Notes under the pieces: generated by a model
The model's database searches: none
What the model saw: only the letters and a program-made list of their open reading frames with translations
Told to the model about the DNA's origin: nothing
Source: Lachnospiraceae bacterium
GTDB taxonomy: Bacteria > Bacillota > Clostridia > Lachnospirales > Lachnospiraceae
DNA length: 64,000 bases
Assembly: GCA_021202635.1 (NCBI GenBank)
Contig: JAJQCQ010000079.1
Coordinates: forward strand, 378 to 64,377
Reading direction: 5' to 3'
In this document: piece by piece, positions 33,781 to 42,866 of the stretch
Numbering within the stretch: position 1 is the first letter of the stretch
Layout of the letters: the number at the start of each line of letters is the position of its first letter
Translations under genes and position numbers: made by a program

Positions 33781-34176
33781 TTAAAACCGAATCACCTCTG
33801 GTTCATGGCTGAACGATGAAATCGTCGCTACAGCATCCTTAAAATAATACACTGCTGTATTCCCTTCTGGGCCAGTCGTATACATTTCTTTCAGATTCGG
33901 ATATGCATCCAGCATAGATTCCTGCGCTTCCACTCGTTCATCCAATACCAATGTTCCGCAAAGACGAATCCATTCCCCCTTTGACATTGCACAGATTTCT
34001 GCTTTCGGATTTGCCACAATCTGCTTCGCCACATCCTTGTTTTTTCCTGTCTGAATATAGAGTTTGCCATCATAAATGTGAATTGTGCCAAACGGTCTGA
34101 CTCTCGCCTGATCGCCGTCAACTGTCGCCAGATAATACGTACCCGCAGCTTTCAAAAATTCATATACTTTCTGCAT
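33781..34176 (-). CDS. Pyridoxamine 5'-phosphate oxidase-like FMN-binding protein
   Basis: MQKVYEFLKAAGTYYLATVDGDQARVRPFG...DGKLYIQTGKNKDVAKQI fits the PNPOx-like split-barrel family. Start set at ATG 34176 (GAGG 8 nt upstream); the ORF-track TTG at 34251 is unlikely. Confidence 0.7.
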   Translation of the reverse strand: MQKVYEFLKAAGTYYLATVDGDQARVRPFGTIHIYDGKLYIQTGKNKDVAKQIVANPKAEICAMSKGEWIRLCGTLVLDERVEAQESMLDAYPNLKEMYTTGPEGNTAVYYFKDAVATISSFSHEPEVIRF

Positions 34177-34514
34177 TCTTATAGCCTCGCTTTCTTCCAT
34201 TGCATATATAAACTTTGGTAACTTGTTTCCCTTTGTAATTTCGAGAGCCAAAACATCTTACCATAAAAAACAGGCAGCTTCAACAAAGGGAGCCGCTATT
34301 TAGAAATTTTATATTTCAGACATACTTTGGTCAAATTTCAATGATAGAAATTAGATATACGTTGGACTTATTCCAGCGTCTTTTCATAACTCACGCCTGG
34401 CAGCCCCCACACGCTGCCAGGCACTCCCTCGGGTCACAATCAATAATCTATATTCTAATTAAGTTGCCACTCTATGCAAACTTCAGATAGAGTTGCAAAA
34501 ATTCTCATATAAAA

Positions 34515-34550
34515 CAAAAAAAAGCGGCGCAACCACTCAGGTAGCACCGC
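34515..34550 (-). terminator. Rho-independent terminator of hsp20
   Basis: On the minus strand: GCGGTGC...GCGCCGC stem (7 bp, one G-U pair) followed by T8 (A8 on the + strand, 34515-34523), ~45 nt after the stop. Confidence 0.6.
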
Positions 34551-34596
34551 AGGAAAAAGGAAAACAACATCGACAGCTTATCCGCTATCTTATCCA

Positions 34597-35037
34597 TTAC
34601 TCGATGGCAATATACTTATTTTCTTCGACAACAGGCTGCTGCACTTTCTTCGGCACGGTCAGGATCAGCGTACCGTTCTCGAACTTCGCCTTGATGTCTT
34701 CCTGTTTTACATCTTCGCCTACGTAGAATGATCTGCTGAAGGAACCCACATAACGCTCACGGCGTACATATTTGCCACTGTTATCCTTCTGGTCATTGTT
34801 TGTATTCGCAGAGGCCTGGATTGTCAGATATCCATCCTTCAGCTCAGCCCTGACATCCTCCTTCTTGATACCCGGAAGGTTCATCGTCAGCTCATAATCG
34901 CTATCGCTCTCTTTCACATCCGTCCGCATCAGGTCTGTCTGCCCTCTGGATGCGCTTGTGCGGTAAAACGGCTCATTAAAGAAATCATCAAAAAACTCAT
35001 CCCACAAATTTTCTCTGTAAATACTCGGTCTCAACAT
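34597..35037 (-). CDS. Hsp20/alpha-crystallin family small heat-shock protein
   Basis: Alpha-crystallin core TDVKESDSDYELTMNLPGIKKEDVRAELKDGYLTI...GSFSRSFYVGEDVKQEDIKAKFENGTLILTVPK. Confidence 0.9.
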   Translation of the reverse strand: MLRPSIYRENLWDEFFDDFFNEPFYRTSASRGQTDLMRTDVKESDSDYELTMNLPGIKKEDVRAELKDGYLTIQASANTNNDQKDNSGKYVRRERYVGSFSRSFYVGEDVKQEDIKAKFENGTLILTVPKKVQQPVVEENKYIAIE

Positions 35038-35164
35038 AGGTCATCTCTCCTTTTATCATTCACAACAATTTTGTTATTATTTTCTTGGAACCGGATTCAA
35101 AATGGAATCTGACTTATCTTTCCATCTCTCTTCCTTTGTTCTATGAGAGTTATAACACCAATTG

Positions 35165-35191
35165 TTAGCAATGTCAATAGGCGAGTGCTAA
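35165..35191. promoter_or_regulatory. CIRCE-like (HrcA operator-like) inverted repeat upstream of hsp20
   Basis: TTAGCAATG-TCAATAGGC-GAGTGCTAA versus consensus TTAGCACTC-N9-GAGTGCTAA. The right half matches 9/9, the left half 6/9, with the correct 9-nt spacer. Lies 128 nt upstream of ATG 35037. Confidence 0.55.
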
Positions 35192-35234
35192 TTTTGTGTG
35201 AACAATCTGTGATTTATCTGATTATTTGCAAACT

Positions 35235-36077
35235 TTACAGTTTTTGCCGCAACGGACAAGCCGAGTGAGTAACTTTCTCTGCAAGCTTCTCATACCCCAT
35301 GTCCCTCAGATAATCCTGCAGAATGGGAACGGACTGCGTGGACTCCGGTCCAATGATCAGCTCTGCAATGGCTTCATCCATCCGGGTATCCGCAATCTGA
35401 CATAGTTTCTGCAGATCCACCGGATAATACTTCTTAATGCGTTCGTTTGAAATATGATATCTTGGCTGAACGTTGAAAAAGCCCTGTTCAAATGGAGAAA
35501 CAACCAGCCGCACTTCTTTTTCGCTCTGGAAGGATGGATGCTTGAAAGCTGCAGAAGCCGCCCAGGCATGATTCAATGCTGCCCGGATCGCCGGTGATGT
35601 GTCCCAGGGAGCTTTGTGGCGCCGGATCAGGCGATATAAAATTTCGACCAGTTCGTGCTCCCCTACATCATCCCGATAGAACACCGTCTGAAGGGACAGA
35701 GGATCAACCGCCATCTTTTTCAGCAAGTCATACCGAAACGCAATACAGACCCCACGACCATGATTTGCGTACCGTTCCCACTGTGCGGCATCGTCCCTAA
35801 AGCAGGAAAAACAGGCTGCATATGCAGAATAAACGAATTCCTTGTCCTTTTCTGCCGAAAAGAGCTTTTCCGTCCAATTTGCTCTGATCACATCCCCTTC
35901 TTCCCGGAAACGGTCTGCAACCGCCCTGCAGAGACGGTTCATAAAAAATGTCATTTCTGAAGCATCGTTCATATTCAAAACATTGTTCAGGCGAAGCTCT
36001 GCATTGCTCAGGATTCCGTCCAGAGCGCCAAAATCCGTATAATGATAGAGTGTATCTATTCTTCCAGCTTGTCCCAT
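35235..36077 (-). CDS. DUF2971 family protein
   Basis: LYHYTDFGALDGILSNAELRLNNVLNMNDASE matches the DUF2971 N-terminal signature (LYkYt......il.n..lw.s....fND..E). Start ATG 36077 follows AAGGAGAG (7-nt spacer). Confidence 0.6.
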   Translation of the reverse strand: MGQAGRIDTLYHYTDFGALDGILSNAELRLNNVLNMNDASEMTFFMNRLCRAVADRFREEGDVIRANWTEKLFSAEKDKEFVYSAYAACFSCFRDDAAQWERYANHGRGVCIAFRYDLLKKMAVDPLSLQTVFYRDDVGEHELVEILYRLIRRHKAPWDTSPAIRAALNHAWAASAAFKHPSFQSEKEVRLVVSPFEQGFFNVQPRYHISNERIKKYYPVDLQKLCQIADTRMDEAIAELIIGPESTQSVPILQDYLRDMGYEKLAEKVTHSACPLRQKL

Positions 36078-36182
36078 ATCCCCGCTCTCCTTAAAAACTG
36101 GCAGCAGCTTCCTCACTTCCGTTCCAGCCGTGATATTTTTCTCCCCTGGCTATATCCGTCGGGACATTACAATTATTTCTCT

Positions 36183-36851
36183 CTATCTTAAAATATATTT
36201 TTCGTTTTGTCCAATCCCAGCCAGCCCTTCCTGATCCAACACATAAACCTTCCGATAAGCGCACTGCACCCATCCTTCCCGTTCAAATGCCTTCAGCACC
36301 TGGCTGACCGTCGGCCTTGACATTCCCAGGCACATGGCAATCTCCTCGTGGGAATATGGCAGGCAGTGTTCCGTAATATCCTTATCCGGATTATCTGTAT
36401 CCGTTTCCTCCAGCAGAAAAGAAGCAATCTTTTGGTAACGGTTCATGAAACGGCATGAATGGAGTGCATACGACAAATGGTTCATCGTCCCTGAGCAATG
36501 CTGCAGCACTTTCATCAGTATCTCTGGATTTCGGCAAAGACAGGGAATCAGCTGATCGATTGTGCAGCAAATCAGGTCCACATCCGTCACTGCCTTCACT
36601 GTAGTGGGACGCACGCTCTTGCTTTGAAATGAGGATTCCCCAAAAAGACGTCCCTTCTCGACAATCTCTACCGTCAGTTCCTCACCTTCCGGAGTTGTCA
36701 GCAAGACACGCACCCGTCCGCTCCGGATAATGCACAGTGTGTTGGCCGCGTCTCCCTCCAGATAGATTACTTCATTCCGCGCAATATAACGCTGATATCC
36801 GGCTTTCGAAAGTTTCTCCATTTCTTCGTTTGTAAATTTAACTGTTTTCAT
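36183..36851 (-). CDS. Crp/Fnr family transcriptional regulator
   Basis: cNMP-binding beta-roll (YLEGDAANTLCIIRSGRVRVLLTTPEGEELTVEIVEKGRLFGESSF) plus a C-terminal HTH (SHEEIAMCLGMSRPTVSQVLKAFEREGWV). Start ATG 36851 follows GGGAGA. Confidence 0.85.
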   Translation of the reverse strand: MKTVKFTNEEMEKLSKAGYQRYIARNEVIYLEGDAANTLCIIRSGRVRVLLTTPEGEELTVEIVEKGRLFGESSFQSKSVRPTTVKAVTDVDLICCTIDQLIPCLCRNPEILMKVLQHCSGTMNHLSYALHSCRFMNRYQKIASFLLEETDTDNPDKDITEHCLPYSHEEIAMCLGMSRPTVSQVLKAFEREGWVQCAYRKVYVLDQEGLAGIGQNEKYILR

Positions 36852-36977
36852 CTGTTTTTCTCCCAAAATTTCATCTGTAATACAGTCAGCATAACACAAT
36901 CCGTCCTATAATACAAGAAAGAATGTAACTGTAAAGAAACTGGACAGTTACGAAAGAAATTTTCAGGAGGGACATAC

Positions 36978-37955
36978 ATGAAGATCATTGCCTATGAAGT
37001 CCGGGAAGATGAAAGAGAACATTTTGATCGCTTTGCCAAAGAGTATGGCACAGAGCTGGTTCTGACAGAACAAGTTCCAACGCCAGAAAATGCTTTTCTC
37101 GTTTCGGGATGTGACGGTGTCACAATACTCGGTCAGGGAAAAATTGGTTCGATCCTTTTGGATGAATACAAGCGTCTGGGCATTCGGTGCCTCAGTACCC
37201 GCACAATCGGATACGACCATATAGACATTACCCACGCCAAAAAGATCGGCCTGCCTGTATGCAACGCCTTTTATGATCCGAACGGCGTAGCGGAATATAG
37301 CGTCATGCTGATGCTTCTGTGCCTTCGCCACTATAAAGCAGCATTATGGCGCGCACAGGTCAATGATTATTCCCTCCAGGGGCTTTATGGCCGGGAATTG
37401 CGGAATCTTACCGTCGGAATTCTGGGAACAGGCCGTATTGGAACACAGGCAGCGAAAATTCTTTCCGGATTTGGCTGCAGGATACTGGGCTTCGACCATC
37501 ATATAGGCAAAGCTTCTGAATGGCTCACCTACACCGATTTAGATACACTTTATCAGGAAAGTGATATCATTACCATCCATCTGAGCCTGAATGACCAAAC
37601 ACGCCATATGATAAACAGCAATTCCATTGCCAGGATGAAGGACAACGTAATCCTGATCAACTGTGCGAGAGGCACACTGATGGATACAGATGCCCTGATC
37701 GCAGGGATCGAGCAAAAGAAAATTGGCGGACTCGGGCTTGACTGTTTCGAGCATGAAGAAGGTATTTACCATCTGGATCGCCGCGACGATATCATCAGCA
37801 ATCGCTCCATGGCATACCTGCGGCAGTTTCCAAACGTTGTCATGACGCAGCATATGGCTTTTTACACAGATGCTGCCGTCTCCAACATGGTCCGGTGCGG
37901 TATAGGAGGGATCTGCTCAGTCATCACAACCGGTACCTACCAGACACTCTTGTAA
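36978..37955 (+). CDS. D-isomer-specific 2-hydroxyacid dehydrogenase (D-lactate dehydrogenase-like)
   Basis: MKIIAYEVREDE..., NAD-binding VGILGTGRIGTQAAKILSGFGCRILGFD, and catalytic-region blocks NCARG and MTQHMAFYT. Collinear with lactobacillal D-LDH from memory. CAGGAGGGA RBS. Confidence 0.85.
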   Translation: MKIIAYEVREDEREHFDRFAKEYGTELVLTEQVPTPENAFLVSGCDGVTILGQGKIGSILLDEYKRLGIRCLSTRTIGYDHIDITHAKKIGLPVCNAFYDPNGVAEYSVMLMLLCLRHYKAALWRAQVNDYSLQGLYGRELRNLTVGILGTGRIGTQAAKILSGFGCRILGFDHHIGKASEWLTYTDLDTLYQESDIITIHLSLNDQTRHMINSNSIARMKDNVILINCARGTLMDTDALIAGIEQKKIGGLGLDCFEHEEGIYHLDRRDDIISNRSMAYLRQFPNVVMTQHMAFYTDAAVSNMVRCGIGGICSVITTGTYQTLL

Positions 37956-38207
37956 TTCATTGCAGTGTACAACGACAGAGAATGACCTTAGGAAAAAAAC
38001 AAAGGAACAGCGGATAACTCAGACTTCCAGCTGTTCCTTTGATTTTCTGCCTCATTCAGTTTTCCATGCTTTCCTGTCACGGATGGCAAATCACCCTGCT
38101 ATCGATTCATTGATTATATTCGCAAGAAATCACAAAGGCACAGCAGCCAATCATCAACAAATTTCCTGTCAGCATCTGACGGATCTTTGCATCATATTCT
38201 GAGAACA

Positions 38208-38732
38208 TCAGGCTTCCTCCCTGCCGCAGTCATAGTGCTGGCGGCTGTCATACCCATCTTCTTTAAAATCAGAATTCAGAAATTCGATCTCTGTCGGCGT
38301 GATTTTGATAAGGTTCATGGTAAACGGCAGTTTTTTCAGCGCATCAACCGGGACTTTCTTCCTTTCAGCCGCATGGATATATTCTTCAGAAAACGGCTCC
38401 ACGATTTCAGCTTTACCTGAAACCTGCAATCCCTTCAATTTGCCAAATCCATCATACCGGTCATAAATGGCGAGACAGACAGATTTATTACCCTCCAGGC
38501 CGACAAATTTCTGCCCACCTTCCGAGAACATCCAGAATGCGCCATCATACCAGGTATACTCGATGGGCGTGCAGCGGATGAAGCTGCCGCTTCCGGTTGC
38601 GAGCGCGCAGGTATTATTAGCCTGAATGTAGTTTTCAATAACCGGCCATAGCTGATTCGCAGGCATTTTTTTTGAAACCGCATCTTTCTCAATCCAATGA
38701 TTTGCTGCTACTTTGTATTCTTCATGAGTCAT
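38208..38732 (-). CDS. PNPOx-like / FMN-binding split-barrel protein
   Basis: NNTCALATGSGSFIRCTPIEYTWYDGAFWMFSEGGQKF...LQVSGKAEIV pattern of pyridoxamine-phosphate-oxidase-related proteins. Confidence 0.6.
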   Translation of the reverse strand: MTHEEYKVAANHWIEKDAVSKKMPANQLWPVIENYIQANNTCALATGSGSFIRCTPIEYTWYDGAFWMFSEGGQKFVGLEGNKSVCLAIYDRYDGFGKLKGLQVSGKAEIVEPFSEEYIHAAERKKVPVDALKKLPFTMNLIKITPTEIEFLNSDFKEDGYDSRQHYDCGREEA

Positions 38733-39214
38733 ATGTCATTGTATCCTCCTTTGCTGCCTTGTTCCGCATCCAGTTTCAATTTTTTCAGTTGTTCCATCAG
38801 CAACTTCCGATAGTTTGGATCCGCGCTCACCATCCTGGCATTTAGAAACTTTGCTTTTCACTTATTCTTGATTCTCCTTCTCTTTATAAAATTACTATTT
38901 CCAGATTTTATAGCCATTCGTCCGCTTCGTATCTGCCTGTAAATCATGTCATCCGATTCAGCGGTACAAACATTTCCTTTACTTCTTCGCTACCACCCAC
39001 AGGATCCTGCCTTTATAAATGCATTCGATACCGGATCGTTTCCCCCATTTCTGCGGTAGTCTTTGATTTCTCAAAGATGTCAGGACTGTTCTCCGCACCC
39101 TCGTTGCATCTGATGTAATCTGATACGAGCAAAAAGATTTTAACCCGTCTGATACTTCCATGTCAAGCAGAATCAGAACTATAGCAGGATCGTACTGCAA
39201 AGCAGAAAAGCTGC

Positions 39215-39800
39215 TCAGCAGCACAAGGCATCACCGATACCCATCTGATCCAGAAGCTTCTGCTGCGCATCGCTGATTCTGGAAACAGCCTTCTCCTTTT
39301 CCAGATAAATCAGATAAATACTTTTTAACGGTTCCAGATCCTCCAGAGTAATGCCGTGCATTTTACAAATCCACCAGTTCAACATACCCGCCTGATCGTC
39401 AAACTGACAATGAAACTCTCCCTCCTGTCTTATCTCCTTTTCTTTCCGGAGGTAAGTTTCCGGTGAACACTTTGCAATTATAATAGAAAGAATATCTTCC
39501 CATTCATCCCCAAGGGGTGCTTTCCATTCATCGGGGCAAAGTATCTGGACTGCTTTTGAAAAGCCATATTCCTTTACCTCAATTCCTGTAAGACTGACTT
39601 TTTTCCAGCTGCTTTCAATTACGCCTTCCGGAGTAATGACGCCAATATAAGTATCCACCGGCTGCGGATACTTTTTTCCTGGCACACGTTTGGATGTTCT
39701 CTTGTAGAGATAATAAGCATCCCCTTTTTTTCTTTATTGTAGTTCCTCTTGTCCGGTACGCCTGAACCCAGTCCGGATACTTCTTTTCTGTTACTGGCAT
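39215..39800 (-). pseudogene. Hypothetical protein split at an A7 tract (ORFs 39615..39800 and 39215..39685)
   Basis: MPVTEKKYPDWVQAYRTRGTTIKKK then frame loss at AAGAAAAAAAGGGG (T7 on + strand, 39725-39731). With A6 the reading continues GDAYYLYKRTSKRVPGKKYPQPVDTYIGVITPEG... into the second ORF. Confidence 0.6.
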
Positions 39801-39939
39801 AATAACCCCCTTCCGTATAGGCGAAGTATACCTATACTATGTAGATATTATACCTCTACAGTACAAAAAATGTCGATGATTTCTTAATTTCCCCTTCAAG
39901 TTACTGATAGAAGTAGTTTTATCTTCCCGATATCTGCGT

Positions 39940-40824
39940 TCACTGTGCATCCTCCCAATATGTTTCCGCATCCTCATACCCATCAAAATCATCATAATGG
40001 TCATAATAGAATTCCTCTGGGTCATCATAATCCGACGCATTATATTCATCCTTACTGGAACTGCTGCTTTTCGAACTGCTCCTTGAACTGGACGATGAAC
40101 TTCCGGAAGAAACCTTATCACGGTTATCCCAGACCTGGATCACCTTCCCCTGCACACACCGTGCCGTAAATATTGTCTTATTTCCACTTTTAAAATCATA
40201 CAGGTTTGCAGTATACGCCTGCCCGCTGATCATTTCTGTATTGTGGCGCACGGTTGAAGAAGGCTCTCCCAAAGAGGTTTTACTGATGTACGTCTCTGAC
40301 ATTCCCACATAGGGAACCTTTTTACTCAGGCTTTCCAAGAAGGATTTTTCTTTTGCCGCAGCTTGTTCTTCCTGTTCCTTTTTCTTCTGCTCCTCCGCTT
40401 CTGATTCCGCTATCGCCTGTTCTTCCAGATACACCTCATATTCGGCAGTAACCTGCTCCTTGTAGGATTCCAGTTTCTCCTGTATTTCTGCGCTTACATT
40501 TTGCAATTCCAGAGAATTCACCGTGGAATAAGCGGTGGCAATGTCGTCGCCGTCATAGCTCATATGAGACTGACAAAGAGCAAGCAGTTCTTGCGTTTCC
40601 AGGTCAGAATAAACTTTTTCGCCTATCTGTTCTAAGAGTTCTTCCGCTTCTCCGTATAATTCCCGCTCAATGAGTTCCTCTGCCTCCTGATATGTGGCTC
40701 TTACTTCCGCCTCTCGCTGACGTTCATTCATCCAGGCCGCCACAAATAACGCAGCCACAAGTAAAACCCCACAGAACAGGATGCTCCTTTTTAGATTTTT
40801 CGTCCTTTTCAGCTTTTTCTTCAT
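39940..40824 (-). CDS. Membrane-anchored coiled-coil protein with Ser-rich tail
   Basis: N-terminal basic + TM segment (MKKKLKRTKNLKRSILFCGVLLVAALFVAAW), E/Q-rich coiled coil, then an SSGSSSSSSRSSSKSSSSS run. GGGAGGAA RBS. Confidence 0.55.
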   Translation of the reverse strand: MKKKLKRTKNLKRSILFCGVLLVAALFVAAWMNERQREAEVRATYQEAEELIERELYGEAEELLEQIGEKVYSDLETQELLALCQSHMSYDGDDIATAYSTVNSLELQNVSAEIQEKLESYKEQVTAEYEVYLEEQAIAESEAEEQKKKEQEEQAAAKEKSFLESLSKKVPYVGMSETYISKTSLGEPSSTVRHNTEMISGQAYTANLYDFKSGNKTIFTARCVQGKVIQVWDNRDKVSSGSSSSSSRSSSKSSSSSKDEYNASDYDDPEEFYYDHYDDFDGYEDAETYWEDAQ

Positions 40825-40839
40825 CCGTTCCTCCCACCA

Positions 40840-41157
40840 TCATTTCTTATAATGATTCATCTCACCAAACAGGCCACAATGGCTATATCCGGTCTTATGC
40901 CCTTTCGAGTCATAATGATTAAAATCGCTGATCACACCCGGATCGGTTCTGCCGACCTTTTTCCCATGATTATCCTTATGAGTCATTCCACCATTCCAGT
41001 TTGGTGTACTGCTTCCTACTTTATGACCTTTCGCATCATAGTTATTCATACCGCCAAACAGGCCAGGCCTGCTCTCGCCAATCTTCTTGCCCTTAGAATC
41101 ATAATGATTTACCGTACCAAAAACTCCTACTCTGCTGTATCCTTCTTTTTTTCTCAT
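40840..41157 (-). CDS. Small protein made of tandem ~22-aa repeats (x-HYD-x-KG-x-K-x-G-x-S-x-x-G-x-F-G)
   Basis: VFGTVNHYDSKGKKIGESRPGLFGGMNNYDAKGHKVGSSTPNWNGGMTHKDNHGKKVGRTDPGVISDFNHYDSKGHKTGYSHCGLFGEMNHY. Start ATG 41157 follows GAGAGGAGA. The longer ORF-track start (41280) lacks an RBS. Confidence 0.55.
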   Translation of the reverse strand: MRKKEGYSRVGVFGTVNHYDSKGKKIGESRPGLFGGMNNYDAKGHKVGSSTPNWNGGMTHKDNHGKKVGRTDPGVISDFNHYDSKGHKTGYSHCGLFGEMNHYKK

Positions 41158-41482
41158 AACTGATCTCCTCTCATTTTTTTGTCTTATCATCCAGTTTTCA
41201 AACTCTGATCTCTCTTGGCAAGCCAGGGTAAAGGCTACTGCCCATCTGTTGTTATTCTGCATCGTTTTAGCATATTTCAAAGTACTGACACACCAGACAG
41301 TGCTTACTGCAATGCCTGCCTCCGCGCAGCATCTTCCGAATCCAATATAACAACCGCAACGGTACCACTTCTTTTCTTCTGAATACCTTGAATTTCTTGA
41401 TATAACTTACCTTATAATGGGTCCAAAAAAACAGGTCTTGCAAAAGAACCTTTGTCCGTCTATTTTCGTCCAACTTTCGCAA

Positions 41483-41698
41483 TCAGAACGGATACACGAT
41501 TCTTCCCGCCAGGCGCATCAAAGATGACCCGATTGGTGCAAGAACCAGCGTGCAGCACAAAACCACTCCAATCATGATAAACATCAAAGCCAGCGGTATG
41601 CCAACGCAAAGCACATAGCAGATTTTCAACATAACCAAAGTAAATTTAATAAACAGCCAGATCATAAGAAAAAGTATCAATAAAATTAGTATTGACAT
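41483..41698 (-). CDS. Small two-TM membrane protein
   Basis: MSILILLILFLMIWLFIKFTLVMLKICYVLCVGIPLALMFIMIGVVLCCTLVLAPIG. AGGGGGTGA RBS 5 nt upstream of ATG 41698. Confidence 0.5.
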   Translation of the reverse strand: MSILILLILFLMIWLFIKFTLVMLKICYVLCVGIPLALMFIMIGVVLCCTLVLAPIGSSLMRLAGRIVYPF

Positions 41699-41712
41699 AA
41701 CATCACCCCCTA

Positions 41713-42141
41713 TCAAATCCGCATGTCCTGCAGTTTTCGTATCGCCATCTGCACCTGCTGCTTTGTTTCTTTCACTTTCCGCTTCGACTGTTCGATCTTG
41801 TTCTGAACCATCACGTCAGCAAAAATGTTATCGCAGAAGATGTCTATAAATTCCGTAACTCCATCAAATTTTACGGAAATTTCGCTGTAAAACTGAACAT
41901 CCTCCAGTTCCCGACTGAATGCTCGAAGCTCCTTCTGAGCTTCTTCGAGGCACTCCTGTGCGTCACCGATTTTTGAATGCTTCATCATACTGCTGAACAT
42001 TCCACCACCGAATATGTCCCATAAGCCAAATGCGCTGGCACTGTCCAGACATTTTTCTGTCTTGTTCAAAGCCGTAAGAGCACGGTTCCCTGCCACAATT
42101 GCCTCATCAATCTCTCTTCTCTGAGCATCATTCATTCCCAT
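41713..42141 (-). CDS. Hypothetical helical protein (142 aa)
   Basis: ORF with an AAGGGA RBS and a helical, charged composition (GLWDIFGGGMFSSMMKHSKIGDAQECLEEAQKELRAF...). No family recognised. Confidence 0.45.
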   Translation of the reverse strand: MGMNDAQRREIDEAIVAGNRALTALNKTEKCLDSASAFGLWDIFGGGMFSSMMKHSKIGDAQECLEEAQKELRAFSRELEDVQFYSEISVKFDGVTEFIDIFCDNIFADVMVQNKIEQSKRKVKETKQQVQMAIRKLQDMRI

Positions 42142-42381
42142 TGTTTTTCCCTTTCTCTGTTTGGTGGCAGATGTCCAAATATGAAAAAAAAGACTTCTGC
42201 CACAATATACGTTGTCGCAAAAGTCTTGTTTTTAATTCATCCCGTGCAGAAGAACTGTCCTGCATGATAGTCGGTGCGAAAGCCTGTCGGCCAACTACTC
42301 CCTTTTGATGAATCGAATTATAATACTTTGTTATTTTTTTGTCAATATGTTTTGTTGAAAATTTTTCGTTGAGCTGAATCC

Positions 42382-42651
42382 TTAACGCCAGTCCTGCATA
42401 ATCTCCAGCATCTCAGCTTCGTAATCCCCGAACAAATCCTCGTTCCGGCCTCCATGCCGCAGATTAGTTTCCACTCCACGTCCTCCATCATCAAATTCCC
42501 AGATACAAGGAGAGCCTCGCCATTCCAAATTACGCTTTCGCGCAATGGCTCGGCCTGCGTCCATGATTTGCTTCGCAATTCACGGACAATATATATGGTA
42601 AACAAGGCCGCGATATTCAAAATTGATACTGCCGCATCCGTCTTCCCCCAT
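42382..42651 (-). pseudogene. 89-codon ORF interrupted by a single in-frame TGA (pseudogene or possible Sec codon)
   Basis: ATG 42651 (AGAGGAAAA RBS) encodes MGEDGCGSINFEYRGLVYHIYCP-TGA(42580-42582)-IAKQIMDAGRAIARKRNLEWRGSPCIWEFDDGG...MQDWR. Same frame before and after the TGA. Confidence 0.35.
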
Positions 42652-42866
42652 AAATTTTCCTCTAAAAATATAGGACTTTCCTCTTAGAGAACAAGGAGGA
42701 TTATGTGGATATCCACACAATCCTCCAATCGTTGAAATCAAGCATAATTCAGCGGCTTAGTCCTTATCCACATAGAATTTTCTTGACCTAATATACTTTC
42801 CCCAGAAGCGATTTAAGAACGCCAATACCTATGTACTGCCGTATAGGTCACTTCTTAAGGCCAGTC

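Noticed and set aside
34395-34422. Perfect 10-bp hairpin gcctggcagc-N8-gctgccaggc in the hsp20 / PNPOx intergenic region
   Set aside because: It has no adjacent U-tract on either strand and is not positioned after a gene end. I cannot assign terminator or operator function from the sequence alone.
36963-37331. 122-aa minus-strand ORF overlapping the start of the D-2-hydroxyacid dehydrogenase gene
   Set aside because: It is antisense to a gene with strong family similarity and a strong RBS, so it is a shadow ORF.
38729-38833. 34-codon upstream ORF (MVSADPNYRKLLMEQLKKLKLDAEQGSKGGYNDI) whose TGA overlaps the ATG of the PNPOx-like gene (ATATGA)
   Set aside because: It is tempting as a coupled leader peptide. 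However, there is no usable RBS (AGG directly abuts the ATG) and no recognisable family, so there is insufficient support.
41267-41482. 71-aa TTG-initiated ORF between the two-TM miniprotein and the repeat protein
   Set aside because: It has a non-canonical start without an RBS and a highly basic, Cys-rich odd composition. It also overlaps the extended (unlikely) 5' part of the repeat-protein ORF.
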